Assembly (NCBI GenBank): GCA_002633005.1 | Contig: NMRA01000417.1 | Location: forward strand, 200,158 to 264,157 | Direction of reading: 5' to 3' | Length of the DNA stretch: 64,000 nucleotides | From: Phoronis australis | Lineage: Eukaryota; Animalia; Phoronida | Shown here: piece after piece, positions 12,701 to 27,700 of the stretch | How positions within the stretch are numbered: position 1 is the stretch's first letter | Layout: each line of letters starts with the position of its first letter | Notes under the pieces: generated by a model | The model's input: the letters and a program-made list of their open reading frames with translations, nothing else | What the model was told of the DNA's origin: nothing | The model's database searches: none | Program-made: the position numbers and the translations under genes

Positions 12701-15700
12701 TGACATGTACTTGTCTGTAGGTGACCTGAGCTTTGTGGAAAACAAATTAAAGTGAATCTGTTGGAAATACTGATTATGTGTGTACAGTAATCAAGTGCTG
12801 CTTGCCTTTGTGTGGTGGTCAGTGTATTGTGGTTCTGGGGCTACCATAGTTTTGAGGTGGGAGGTGCAGATAGAGAGTTAGAATACTCACTTATTTAGGA
12901 GGTGGATTTGGAAAAAAGGGTGAAGTTGTAGATAGCTTCAAATGAAAGTTGAACTTTTGTAGTTTTGTTCCGGAAATGTCACCCTTTTGTAGTGGTTAAT
13001 CCCGTAAACTTGACACTTTCGTAGGTATTCTTGGACAACTGAATTTTTAACTTTTTAAGCCTGAAACAGTACAAGAAAAGGTGTCATTTTGTTAAGACTT
13101 TGTTCATCTTTTGCAAATTAGATTTTGATATAAATAATACTGAAAACCATTCTGTAGCTTTGTGTAGTTGGAAGACAGAACCTTTCGTAGAGTTTTGAAC
13201 ACCCAAAGTGAACCCTTTTTTAGTGAATTGAATCAAAAAAGGTATCCTTCTATAGGCAGTTTGTCTAAAAGCAGCCTTCCATGTGGAGCTGGTGGTTAAA
13301 AAGTGGCACATCCCTTACCCCTCTCCTATGAGAGTACCCTTGGTATTGTGGTCCTTGCATGACGGCCTATTGGGAACATCGCATTCAAACACATTGGGTG
13401 CGGTGGATATATCTACCTGTATATACACCTAACATAACTGTCACGGGAGATTACCTTATCACCTGTGGACGTTGTACTCCACCTAGTCTATGCAGTAACT
13501 GGCTGTTATCTACCAGTCATTTGTGCTTGTATGATTTAGAAAGGTGATCCAAAAATATGCTGCCTGATATCTTTTTGTAGTACAGGTATTCTGTGCTGGC
13601 CCCTTGTAATTTTTTTGTGTGATTACCCAGGGCAGAAATATAGGGTGTCCCGAGAACGTACACACTCCACAAATGCAAAATCTGTGTTGTTTTTTTTTTT
13701 ACTTAGCAACAAATTACTGGTTTAAGTTTTGGAACAGATAATCAGAAAAGGAATGAAGTCTATGAAAACAAAATAAATGCATTGTCTTTGCAAATACACC
13801 TACTTTCACAGACAGCAAAGTGTTATAATACATTAGGCCTAGGCACAGAATCTGATTCACAGGAACTGAATTTGAACTCCCGGTGTTGTATTTTTTGACA
13901 CCTTGCAGTAACAGATTATTCAGCATAATGTCAGAAGTTGAAATTCACCTTCCGTGGACCAGAATCTCCTCCTAGGCCTAATGCATGCTATTGTTTCATC
14001 TTGCTGTGAAAATGGGTTTGTAAGTCATCACAGGTCCTGTATGCATGGGTCTGGCAAAAAAATTTCAATTGTTTTAGGGAANCGAAGGTTTATGGTACAT
14101 TGTTACTGTAAACTCAAATAGTGAAGAATAATTAGTGCTTTCCCCTATTTAACCAGCCCAGCTTTTCTTGTTTGAAGAATTTATTTATTTTTGATCACCT
14201 TTTTATGAATTTAAAATGGTAATTTCGTTCCTAAGTCAATAAACAATGCCATTATTGTCATGTGTAAGTATGGATATCTTTTTGGATTAGTCGTGGATTT
14301 TGAGGACTATTCAGTTAGAGAAATACGGGACCCCTGTAAGTGAATGCTGGTATTACGAATTTTAGACACCCTGTATTCTTCGCTTAAAACAGTTTTTGGG
14401 TGCCTTGCAATTTTCATCAATCTTTCCCTGGCCAGGAATATTATGATGCTCTATGAAAAGACTAATATACCTTGTAGCAGTTTTACACCAGCATGTCTTG
14501 ATGCTGTGTGATGTGACTGGTGGGTCAGTCAAGCTGAACCCTTTATTCCACAAGATACTGCCTAATGGTGGATCTTGTGCAGCCATTAAGTAAAGTCTAC
14601 ACAAATATAACTAGATACCGTATTCGCCCTAATAAGCGCCCAGGGCGCTTAGAAAAATTCGCTTCAGGAAGGGGGCGCTTATTATACCGTACTATAGCCC
14701 AAAAGTGGTTAAAACCCGCTCTCTGAAACAAGTGAAATCGTAAGCTAGAATTCATCCGGCAAATTTACGCTGTGTGACATATCTGTAACCTATGACAGAG
14801 TTTCTACAAAATTGCAGTGCATTGCTATCAAACTTTGTCGTTAAATTAGTACAAGCATTTTTCAGAAAATCCTTGTGCAAAAACTTGCACTGATACATCG
14901 CTGCCTCGCGATCGCCGATATGTCAACTTGAATTCTTGAGTAAAAATATAGTTTTGACTCAACATATTACCTGCAGTCCTCCTTAAGTTTTCAAAATAGC
15001 GTCCCTAAGATTTTTAAGTTCCTGCGGAGTCGGGATTTCTGCGCAACACGAGAAAATTCTCTGCACGAACACACATGTTGTTATTTGTTTTGAAGTTCGT
15101 CTGCGCACAAAGATTTTTTCAGGACTGTTGGATCTTATTAATAAATTGAAGATGTTACTGTAGAATTTTAGAACTGTAGGGAAGGCAGTTAAATTACGAG
15201 CATCTGAAAGATGGAATGTTTTTATTTTTAGCAATTATTGTTGTCCATAAATTGAAGAATTTTTACAACAAATCTCATTTTGTTGATTTGTCCCTGGATT
15301 CAAATTAATTCATATTAATGCCGTCTTTTAGAAACTGATAGATGTATGATGCTAACTTAATATTCTCATGCCGGTGGTGCTTATTATCGCCTAGGTTTCC
15401 TGTCTCATTAACATATTGGAAAATTACCGTCTGTCAACCAGTCGCTACCAAGAATGGCATTACCAATTTTCTCTAATGCTTCCATTCCTTCAAATTGGTT
15501 TGTCCTATTGCTCATCCACATTTGGTATGCAGCGCATGAACCTTCAGCTGCATAAATTGTAGAATGGATAACAAGTTATCCTGCATATCAATTTCAAACA
15601 GTTTCTGTTCTATTTGAAACTAGTGACTTTCTCTTCAGTTTCAGCTTTTTATATTTCAAGATGTTTAAGGTAATCTTCAACCTTATTTAGTGGCCTCTAT

Positions 15701-18700
15701 TCTAACTCGTATATCAAAAAACTAAGCTTTGTCAACAAGTAAATGTATATATTTTCTGATAGAAAAAAGATTAGGGAATATGAAAAAACTGTTTGTATTA
15801 ATGTACCATTACTATTTTTACGTAAAACCCTTTTTTCAGTCAAAATTTTATTTTTAAGAAAGGTGTACACATTCGTAGCAAAATAACCCCTCGGTCGATC
15901 TTAATGAAACTTTTTTCAATGAAAACTTCACCAGGTACCTCAAAAAAGCTGTTAGGAATTTTCAATTAGTCTTTTTGTTTGGTTTCTATGACACATCAAC
16001 TCGCAAAATGTAAGGTATCTCTGTAAAAACGTAAGTCGCGTTCCTCTTTGTTACATTACGCAAAAAATAGGCCTTTATATGGAATATCCTAACAGCGTTT
16101 TTGAGACTAATGACTAAATATTAAATTTGTAAAGTTTCAGTGAAATCCACCTAGCCGTTTTCGAGAACTCGTGTTCCTAAGTTCAAAAAAAGTCTATTTT
16201 CCGAAGCCGAGAAAAAGCCAATTAAACTGGACAAGTGAAAATCTCAAAGTCTTTGGTTAATTATTCGGTGAAAACTTGTTTTCGGTACACATAACCTGTA
16301 CAAGCCTTATTTGTGTTCGCTATTTCAACATTCACTGGCAATGTCAACTGATTTTGCAGTGCATAATTAACTTAATTATCATTAAAACATACGGTTCCCA
16401 GCTAACTCTTACTGTTGTTTGCAACCTTTTGACCTACTTTATAATTAGGTCACAGTTCATTGTTATACACATAGCCTATACACATCACGTGCTGGGAGAC
16501 TGATACGAAACCAAGTAAGAAATGGATAATAAGAATTTAATCAGTGGTTAAAGCATGTTGTTAGCATGAGATCGAAACATTGAAATATCAATTTATTAAT
16601 TGAATGAAGGAATTAGGGTGAAGATTTTTATCTCTTTTCACAACTTGCTGTGTTCGTGACCACAGAGGCCTGAGGCAACGGTTCGTTCTCAACGCCAACA
16701 GTCGTATGCATGTAGACCCACAACTCCCTTAGGATCAAAACACGTTTTGTCTTGGGTTTCCCTGGCACCATTCTACCATTAGTACAGCTCGTTGACTCAA
16801 TGTTTTGGCGATTTTGTGAATAAAAGGACTGAGGGTATACGAAGCTGTTCTGTACCTGGTGGGAGATTCGATTTGATTGAAAGGCCTTTAACCTTTGACC
16901 TCGGATAGGTAGTAAACAAATATCCTCGAGGTGGTTATGTTAAATCTTTTTTCTCGCTGTGCAGTATATATTTTGTATTTGAAGTGCCCCGATAATGAAG
17001 ATAAGGTATTTTTCTAGACGCATGTGAAATATTGTAAAAATGGCCATGTTTTGTGAATAAGGTTTGAGATAACCTTAATTATTTGTATGCAGCAGATCTT
17101 GGAGAATATGGGAGATATCGTGTGTGTGTGTGTGTGTGCATGCGTGCATGGGTGCTTGTATTTGTGTGTGCATCTATATGTTAGGTAGGGCGTTATTACT
17201 TCCCTTCACAGCTTTTGTTGAATATTTGTTAGTTTTAAACTGCTTTTTTGTCCATCGTCAGTATACTAAATACCAGCTATTTGAGTTTCTAAACTGGAAG
17301 GTTGCCTCCCCTGTTTCATTCATTGGTTTGCCATCTTGTCTTTTTGTTCAAAAAAAACAAAAACCTCTTCAGTTAAGTTATGTAACTCTACAAATGAAAG
17401 AATGGTAACAAGAGAGCCTAGTCGGTCTCGTGCCTCGATAGATCTGATGGCTGGGGCTGAGTCCGATTATATCTTCACAAGTACTGTGCTGTTAGTTGTT
17501 CATGAATCTCCTAACTCGTAGGATAACTGTTCATTGGGGCTGGGACCTACAGTACTGAATCGTTTGTTTGCATTTCCCGTGCATATTACACACAGGGCAT
17601 GCGCGAATTTTTGAGGATGTGGACCTTTTACTAAAGAAAAAAACGAATATGGGGTTCGTTCAGGGCTATGAATTGTGCATACGCCATATCCTGCCTTTTT
17701 AGTGGACTTTTGTTTCGTTTTTCTCGGATTTTTTGTTTCTCTGAGGTGGACCTTTTTGCCCACTTTGCCATTGAGCCCCCGGAGCCCCCCCCCAGGTGCG
17801 CGCATGCCCGGAAGACGTCATCACAGGCACACCCACTTTAAAAATAAGGTGTAACCATGCAGTAGACCTGCTTAGAATCTCAGTTACCCACGGGAACTGA
17901 ATTTGAACCCCAGACGTTGAAGTGTGTACATTTTGGGACATACAATGTATCATTTTCCCGAGCAACCAGAAACTGGACTACTGCCTGTGTTTCATCAAGG
18001 CATTCCGAAACGGCCACAAAAGCACTCATACCAGGCACCTCGGGACCTCCCCTTTCTAAAAATTACTTCAAAGAATCCCCTTAATAAAATGAAGTATTCC
18101 TGAAAATGAATCATAATAAAAGGATTCGACCCAGCTATAGTTACTTCAGGCAGCTCCCAGCTACCCGTCTGAGTGCTCTCGGGGCCTAGATGCATTCTTA
18201 CTCTCCGTGAATGTTTGTTGGTTTGCTGGTTCACGGTTACTCAAATCCTGATGCCTGCATCCCCGGTATTACCCCCACCTATGGCGGACGTGGGGAGGTG
18301 GGGTTCAGTACAAATATGGTGACATCCAGAGAAGGGGGGGGGGGGCTGGGCGTGACAATAGCAAGGGGGTAGGTTGGCAAAGTCAAATTGGTTTGTGCCC
18401 CCCCCTGTTAATTCAGTGGCAAATTTGTGTCCCAACGCAAAAAAAAATCCTGATTAAAATTTGCTCTCAAAATGCAAAGTTTCAAGTTGGAATAGCAATA
18501 CTGCTGGGTGCAGCTAGGACCCTTGTACACTTTCAGATCTGCTGCTTGTTCATGGATATCCAATCTCATATGATCACTTCTGGGTGAAGCTGGGACACCA
18601 GTACCCCTTCAGATCTGCTACTTGTTCATGAATCATAATTTGTATGTAGGTCATAAACCATGAAGATCTGTGGTTGACCTCAAGTCTGGAAATGAGCTGG

Positions 18701-21700
18701 TGTAATGTTGTATACACTATACATGTTCCTTATCCTAATTATATATGACAGTGTGCACCTGCTCTGTATTAGTTAAGTTAACAGGCAGCTGAATGAAGGA
18801 AACATACCAACTGAGTGGGAGAAATGAACATGTAAATTGTAGAATGGTAACAGTTTGTACTGCACCCTGATGAGTAGAGGTGATATATGATGTCATGACA
18901 CTGTTAGATGTACATTGAGTGTCTTCTATAAGGTAACTATATAGTTTCTTAGATTCACAGCCTGGCCTACAAATCAACTGTTGCCAGTTTCTGCCTACTT
19001 AGCACCATGTTGTGTTTCAAGAAGTTCATCACTGCTAGCAATGTGTTGGAAGTTTGCATGATAACACATGATCAACTATTATGCTGGCTTTTTAATGAAT
19101 GAGGTTATGATGTTGTATTATCATATATTGTGGTGTTGAGGGGAAGGTGTTTATGGTGGTCTCAAGGGTGTCTGTACTGGGTTTTGTAGGCCAAGGCTGT
19201 AGGGGTCCTGAATTACTTGCTGATAGAATTGCTATGTTGTTGTGATCTATTTTTATTGCTAAAGTAGATATTCCATCGTGTCATCCTGTTTCATTATATA
19301 TTTTGGTGTCCTTGTTATCTACAGATAATAAAACACATCCGTGACATGAAAATGGTGATCCATTAGGAGCAAACATTATGAAAATGTTTGACTATTACTG
19401 GAAGTCAGTTTTGGTAAAACACTATTTATATGCCACTGGTGATATGGCTTTAGATTAGATGTGCACAGAGAGTTGGTGTGATGGAGGGTCAGTAGGCCAG
19501 GGTGTGGGGCTGGCATTGTCATTAATGTGTCTGTTTTTCAGACTTTATTGTTCTAGAACTCAGCTACAGACTGTTTTAAGTACTCATAGCTGATTGATAG
19601 GTTAATGTTAGTTCTTTATGTTTAATTTATTTCTTGCAGAACAAATATTTTGACAACTGAATGTAGGGTGATAATTATGATGGACAGTCATTTATTTTGA
19701 AAACCTAAAACTCAACAGGAAATTTTCTTTCTCTAATTGAGTTTTAGAATGAGGTTGCATTAAGTTAGCATTCATGGATTTTGGGGAAGAGAAAAAATGT
19801 TTGCGCAAAAGAGGCGATGTCATACTACCTATGAATAAGATATTTCATCTACGTGAGCTTGGCCAGAAACATTAGAGATGGTCATTTGGGACATTAACCA
19901 ACACAAACATGCATTATTGTACTGATATATTTTTTCATAAAAAATAAGTAGCGTACTTTTTCCAAATGAATTCGTAATAATTTTCATGCACCCCACACAT
20001 GCCATCATACCCATTCATACAGTGTATTCTGCTGCCTCTTACAGACCCCATATATAGACGTTTATGAACTTTTGCAGACATATTCCTATTATGAATAGGA
20101 TGGCTAGAGCGAATTTTCAGATGGATCGAACTTTCAGTGTGTCCCCTAGTGAGGACTTTATTTTTTAAGTTTGTCTCTGTGTCCCCAAGAGTGGTATGAT
20201 AAATTTTCATGGAATTGACCTCACGACAACACCTCGTTTTTGTATGGGTATAACTGCCACATATTTTGCACCACCTAGTGGCCATTTGATTGTTTTGCCT
20301 CTGCTTTTGGCATCTGCATCTCTATTCGCCAAACTGCTCTAAGAACCGGTATGAAAATTGGCAAATGTGTCCGTACTGAGAAGAGCAGGGTGGAGGATAA
20401 CTTCCGGGTGTAATGACCAGTGTGTTGTCCTGTTTTTTCAAATTTTTTGTTTATGGTTGTACTTCTTGAGCCCCTTGCAGGTTCTTTGTTAGTGTCCATT
20501 TTATTATTTTTGTCTTCTAAATGACTTGAAGAATTATGAAATGTGGCTGGTATGCTGAGGATAGCATTGCCAATTTGCTTTGGTCCCCCTGGAGGCTATC
20601 TGAAGTTTGCTAGCATTGCTTGTGTAGTGGCAATGTTTAAAATATTGATCATTCCTGGTACCGCACACTGTGGTGCATATTTAACACTCCACATTGCTGT
20701 TATGCTACAAGACAATATTTCGATAAAATGTTAGTACCTTTTGAAAATTGAAAAAATGTTAATTTTCACAATTACTTTTGTATGATATTGGTGAGATTTT
20801 GCTCTATTATGGATGACCACTACAAGAATTCTTTATTTTGAAGCCATGTGGTAAATATGACTATTGCATGTCAAGTTTTCCGTAAATAGTAATTACTCAG
20901 TGCAATCTAGAACTTCTCATTCTTTGCGTCTTCACACTACCGTAGAAAACTCTTATTATGGTAAATTTGCTAAACAAATTCTGCGACAACAGGATATTGT
21001 ATGTTAATTGAGTAATGCTAAAGAATCTCTGGGGTGTCTATGATGCCGAGTGCCGATTAGACACTGATATTTTTAGTTAATTTGCTAATCCTGTAGCACA
21101 AAGTAGACGCCTATAATGAAGATTGCATATGACAGACCATGCCTATTGTAAAGCATCATTGTTTAGATAAAATGATGTGATTGGAGATGATAACTGCTAT
21201 AATGCTTCATCACCTTAGAACACAATTTGGCTAAATATTGAGATAGTAAATTAGAATAATTTTTTACTTTATTTCTGTCCCAGTTTCTGGGGTCCACTTA
21301 TCGTTAGCCAACACATGGTGAAGTGCTGAGCATTCTATGCAGTAACTATTTGAAACTTCATTGACAAAGGCAATTTAAGCTGTTGGGTTTTCTTAAACTT
21401 CAAAAAAATGTTTTTCTTGGTTGTCTGCTATACTCATTGTGTTGTTTACCCATTGTTTCACAAACTCCAGATAGTGCTACTATCATCAAGATGATATTTC
21501 AGTGATTAATGCCAGATTGGTTAAAAGTCAAAAATTAAATCCTACAGGCTTTCTACTTTCTGAAACATTGTACTTTTACCAAGTTGAAATTTATAATTTT
21601 GTTGATAATTGGCTAAGTACACAGGCTTGTTGATAATATCCTGCATAACCTTAACACAAATCAAGTGGGTATGACAAGTCTGTAACTGGCTACACTTGGC

Positions 21701-24700
21701 AAGATCTGTGTGTTATTGTACATCTTGATTGTAGATTTAGTGATGCCCAGACATCTGGCTTGAAATTGTGTCCACTCTGGCTGGCTTTTAGTCAGCTGTG
21801 GTTTGCGTCATGTTAAGATTAGTACTACTCAAGCCCAGTAGGTGGGGCTGTTCTAGCCTCAAAAGTAATACATTTGTTGACCCAATGCTCAGATCATGGC
21901 CTTAGTAGACAGGTTGACTTAATATTGGCATGTGGTCCTTTTGATTTGATATAAAAAGTGGAGATTCAATGCATTGTATCATGAGCATCCTGTATTCTAA
22001 GGACTGAACAGCAGTAAAATGAGGTTATCATGTTCAGTTTTTAGTTTTGTTTTGTTTCTAGCTTAATACTTTTTGTTTCAAAATGTATTTGAATATATAA
22101 AAGCCACAAAGTATTAGCCAAAGTTGTGTGCAATACGAAGTCCTCTGAATGAGCTATAGATTTCCTCAGTTGCCTATTTCCTCAGGTCAAGGTTGTTTTA
22201 CTGACACAGAACACAAAATACACCATGTTTATCAGACACATAGAAGTTGCAAGACATGAAGCATGTGTTCAAACTTTTTGAAGTATCTATACTGCTTAAT
22301 TTGAATGTGTTGTACAGCTTTTATTTACAAATACTCTAGGAGTGTTCCCCATTGTTGTGACTTATTAGAGTCAGATACATAAATTATGTAAATGAGTAGG
22401 TGATACCTTGAAAGCGGATTAGTTGCAAAAGTGTTGCCTATATTATCGTTTTACAACCTTTGCAATAAAAATCCTCCAATCAAACTTTGGTTACTTGTAG
22501 CATAATATGTGTGTGGAGATGTACTGTTGATAAGGACAATCACAAGGCCTGGTGTGCTTTGCAATCCCCTATTGCATCTAGTAGTTGGGATGTGGTGCTT
22601 AAATTTAACCTTCATGGTCCCTAGTCCCAGCAGGTTGGTAGCCTCATCTAGCTGCAACAGCCAGCATACATCTCTTTGGCATTTGGCACCTCATTTCCTG
22701 CATACCATCTGACCTTTGCAATTCCATTTCCAGTGGCTCATCACCAGAATTCTTTAACGAACACCTTGACCTAGCAGTTTTTATCTGCTGGAAAGAATGC
22801 ATTTAACATAGTGTGTAAATTAACACCCAGTTAAGTTTTTCCTCCATGTTGTCGTGCTGCCACAAGTGTATACTTTGGTTTGTTTCACTGCTGCACCGTC
22901 TTGCTGACACCCTTGGCTGATCAGGAGTATTAGTAGGCAAGAAAATATTAGATTTAATCCAGTTTCTTAGGCAAGGCTTGACCTAGCATTCACTATGACC
23001 GCGTACACCACTCGGATTATTCGAATCAGCATTCAGGTAATGAGATGTGCAGGTTTTTTGGGATCATCTGAAATTAGACACTTTGAACTTAAATGGAGTC
23101 CATATTGTTCATAAACAGAAAGATGCAAAAAGCTTTGTGAATTTCTTTAAATCTTATGATTCTTGCCCAGAAGTACATTTCCAATTAAATTTCTTGTGTC
23201 TTAGCAAGCAGAGTCTGTATTAAGCTTTTTGTTTGTTGTCATATTTTGTCCTATCCTTCTGCTCATTACTAACAAATGGGTGGATCACAAACTGCATAAG
23301 TCAAAGGTTAAGCTGTTTTATTGACCTCTTGTTTCCCTTCATATCACTCAGTATCTGTGTTTGTGTTTTAAGAGTGTGTTGTTTCCTAGACAACCATTAG
23401 TCACCTGTGAGGGTGGGGTTTATATAGAGTTGCAAGTTTCTGCCCAACTCTCAATAGTCAGGGTTCTGTCTCATAAGTGCTGTTTACACTACAAAAGTTG
23501 ACACGCATCATTTTCACACAATTTCTATGAATTTGCCAGTCAGCTGTCCAGTACCTTGTCTTCTAACTAAACCCTGACTACCATTTATTTAAATTGTTAG
23601 AATTTTACACACAGTCAACAGTCAAGACTGGGTCCAGTTCAATTGCTTGGTAATGTACAGTAGGCCTAGTGATGAAAACATTCATCAACTGATCAAAAAA
23701 AATCATTGAAGCAAAACTCAAAGTCACAAATTACGTACCCTTGGGGGAACTACCTTAGAAGCACCATGACAACAGCAGTAACAATAATGAAATGTGACTT
23801 CCGCAATTTGCATCTTTGCACATGAGCACTCCACATTCCTGCTTACAACTTCCACCTTGCCACCGTTTGTGAATTGTGTGTGTGTAATTGGACGCTTCAC
23901 ACTGATCATCTTGCGCCATGTCAGTTGCGCTGTCAAAAGTTTATGTCTAAACAAGAAGTTATTGGTCAGTGAGATTTCAATGTTGAATTAGAATTTACTG
24001 TTTCCATTCCATAACTTAATTAAAGAGTTCTTATCGAAGCTGCAGTGCAAGTGTCTTTGGTCTATTGGGTCTTTTATACAAACACATTTGCCTTTTACGC
24101 TAAAAGTTTCATACTATGACATCTATAAATGGGGCTCAACAGGGGGTTTTAACGCTTCAATGCAACATAAGTGAACTACATGCCATAGTGAGAAACTACC
24201 ATAAGTGTTGTAAGCTGATTCTGTCAACCGTTGGGCAGCATGATTCTGTCAACCGTTGGGCAGCATGATTCCTGAAACGAAGGGAACTTATGAGTTGCCT
24301 GCATGGTTTTTATTTAAAAAACGTTTGTTAATATCTCACATCAATTGCATTGATTACATTGCGTCGGATTTTTTTCTACTGCCATTGGACAACTTAATCC
24401 TCTGTAGAGTGAGAGGGAGTTTGTTGAACATTTCGACATTGTGTCTTCTGAGATTTGATCTTGAGTATGACATATTTTATCCTATTCTCAGTTGTCATTT
24501 TTATGCGCCCACATATTTATATGTGGACGCATTATGCCGTCATCTCTGTCCGTCCGTCCATCCGTCCGTCCGGGCGGCGTCCGTCCGGCGTCTGGCGTCC
24601 GGCGTCCGCGGCTCTATCTCCAAAACCCTTTGACATACGTTCATGAAATTTGGCACACATGTTCCATTCATGAATGGGACGGCATGTGCGAACTTTCGGA

Positions 24701-27700
24701 CGGATCCGACTACCGGTGTGCCCCCTAGTGGCAATTTTAGTTTTTTACGCTTACCNTATCTCACATCAATTGCATTGATTACATTGCGTCGGATTTTTTT
24801 CTACTGCCATTGGACAACTTAATCCTCTGTAGAGTGAGAGGGAGTTTGTTGAACATTTCGACATTGTGTCTTCTGAGATTTGATCTTGAGTATGACATAT
24901 TTTATCCTATTCTCTGTTGTCATTTTTGTTTTAAAGTGGCACATTGCACCAGTTTTCTAGTGTAATGGCTTTCATTCTGCCCTTGTGTTTTTGTGCTTGT
25001 TGCTATGGTGTTTCTTTAGTCCTGTCCACACACAGCCTACCCAAGAATAACTTGCACTAGTTCAACTTATTCCACTTTTAGTGGACTGTTCACTCACTCA
25101 TTTATCCGATGACTAGGGTAAGGTTAAGTTGTCTGTCTGTGCTGTGATGGGACTAGGTAGGTTGTTACCATAAATAATATTGTTATGATTGGTTGCTGAT
25201 AGTGATCCATTACGTTAGTACAAAACACTCACTTTATTTCTGAAAAGGTTCATATAAGCAGAGTAGACTTAGTTTTCAAGGTGTGGAATGTTTTTGACAG
25301 ATAAGTCTGTCCATGGTGCCTTATTAGAAATTGACTGCTACAGGAACGTAGCTGCGTGTGGTCCTTCACACTGGGTATGGAGTAACTGTTTTGTTAAAGT
25401 ATGATTTGGTTAGTAGCAGCTTTGTATCAGGATTTCTGTGTTGTGACAACATCTGTTAGTTAATTCTGGTTCTGTTCGTGGTGTGGTTCCCATTATTTCT
25501 ACAGAATGCGGAATATTACTGTGGGCAGATGATACCTGTCTAAACTCTTAATTGTCGTTTCAGGCCACATCCCTGCCCACCACGATGTCGGTATCAGAGC
25601 TGCAGACCACTTCTTCATTCGATAGTCAATCAGCACAGTCAGATACTAATGAAGATTTAATTCATGACTCAGGGTCAGAGGTCAGTGAGTGATGTAGATA
25701 TCCTTTTCTGTCCATATCAGTTACTGCACTGTTGTGTTGCACAGATGTAATGTCCATTGTCATGTAAACAGTTTGTTGAAAAATGGTTTTGAGACAGTAT
25801 TCAGTGCTCAACGCTTAGCCTGATGTCAACTCACTAATTACAACCTGGCAAAATTTCAATGTCGTCCAGTAGGTATTGAGGTTGACAAAAAGGAAAGGGT
25901 TGTGAAAGTCTTGACCCCTGCACTTGACGCATAGTTAGTAATATCTAAAAATGAAATGAACAAGATATCTGAATTGAAGAACCGGTGAACTCAGCAAACG
26001 TCTGCCTGACTTATGTTACCTGTTGCATAATTCATAAACATTTTTTCTTCCTGTGGTGTTATTAGTGCATGCTGGAATGTGTTTGTGGCAATTTTTATCA
26101 GGTCTCCAAACAAAATATGAGGATGCCAAATTGAGTCCTATTATTGCATGAACGGTTCTGAATTCATTGACAGAAATTGTCCACTGCAAACTATGCTGTG
26201 GTCAAAGTTGGCTTATCATTCGCGAAGAAATGGGAGCAGCACTCGACATAACAAGCAGCGGGTCACATTTGTGACCTGAAATTTGGTAATGGGAGCTGTG
26301 GTTTTGGCCAGCTCGTATCAAGTCGCCTCATGTAACCGGGAATTTCCAACGTATGCAAGTTTTTACACCTCCCGGCAGATGCCTGGCAAACAACTCGAGT
26401 GAATCCAGCCATTATTTGCTGGTTGCTAAATCAATTGAAAAGAACGCTAATAGAGAGCAACCCTCCTATGATTTGTCTTGTCGCGTGATTATGGGATAAT
26501 GCAGAATTGACCTTGGATGCGTTTCATTGGCTAGTATTGCAAATTGCGACCTGGCAATTTTCATAGCGTCCGAGTGCTTGGTGAGGCTGAGTTAATCAGT
26601 TAATCAACACATTCACAACCAACACCTGAGTCCTTGATAAGTATACACATATTCTCAATAATTATAAATTTGTGCTTGATCAGTTGTAGTGAATAACCTT
26701 GAACAATGCTAGCTTGTTAACCCCTGTGTATTGTTAGTATGCCTCGTTATATTCATCTGTACATAGTTTTCACACAACTATTGCTTGTGCGACCTTGACC
26801 TCCACCTTGCAGTATGTCACTCCTTTGAAAAAGAACAATGCTAGAAATGTTGTAATGACGTTCATCTCCTTATATTGTATACAGTTTTACTCTGAGAGTG
26901 TGATATTCAGGGTTTCCCCTGGGTTTTGAAAGGAGCGGGGTGGTGAGTGGCCAAAACAGGATGCAAAGCCCCGTTGTCACACACGAATATGAGAAGTGGG
27001 ATCCCCTATTGCCTGGGTTTCGAAAGGAGCGTGGTGGCGAATGCTCGTCGCCGATGCAGAACCCGGCGCCATACGCGAACATGGGATTTAGTGAGATCCT
27101 CCCATCCAGGGGGGGAGACCTTCCCCAGGCAAAATTTGACTAGTGTAATTGGGTGCAGTTTGGTGCATTATACAAGTTAACTCATCATAGCTAAGACCTT
27201 AACCCGAGCATCATGTAGCGGAAGTATCTGAGTAAAGGAAGACAAATCGGCAGTGAAGTGTCCGGCATAGTGTGATCTCTGTTGAGACACACTTGAGTAC
27301 TAAAAAACAGAGTTAAAATTCAATTATCGACGTGATGAACGTAGAAAAATATTTGAACTTTTTAGATGTAATAAACTAATTCGTATAACAAAACTTCCGT
27401 TGTTGTCGTCTTGCTAAACATAAATCAGTTGTAGTGGGTTGGTATTGGCCGACGTAGCTGACGATGTATAATCCAGTCCATGCAGACGAATTTTGGTGCT
27501 GGGCTATGGTTGATTTAACAGTTGAATGTCACGCTCTGCAGTGTAATTCACAGTATCTTTTGTAAACTCGGACATGGTAAAATAAATGAAGCAGAAAGCT
27601 TACTGTTTCTTACTTCATTAACGAGTCCTGGCGCTTTGCCATTTTAGAAAATTCGGATCGAGGTCGTTGCCTGATCCCCGGTTGTATTTAGTTTATGTGC

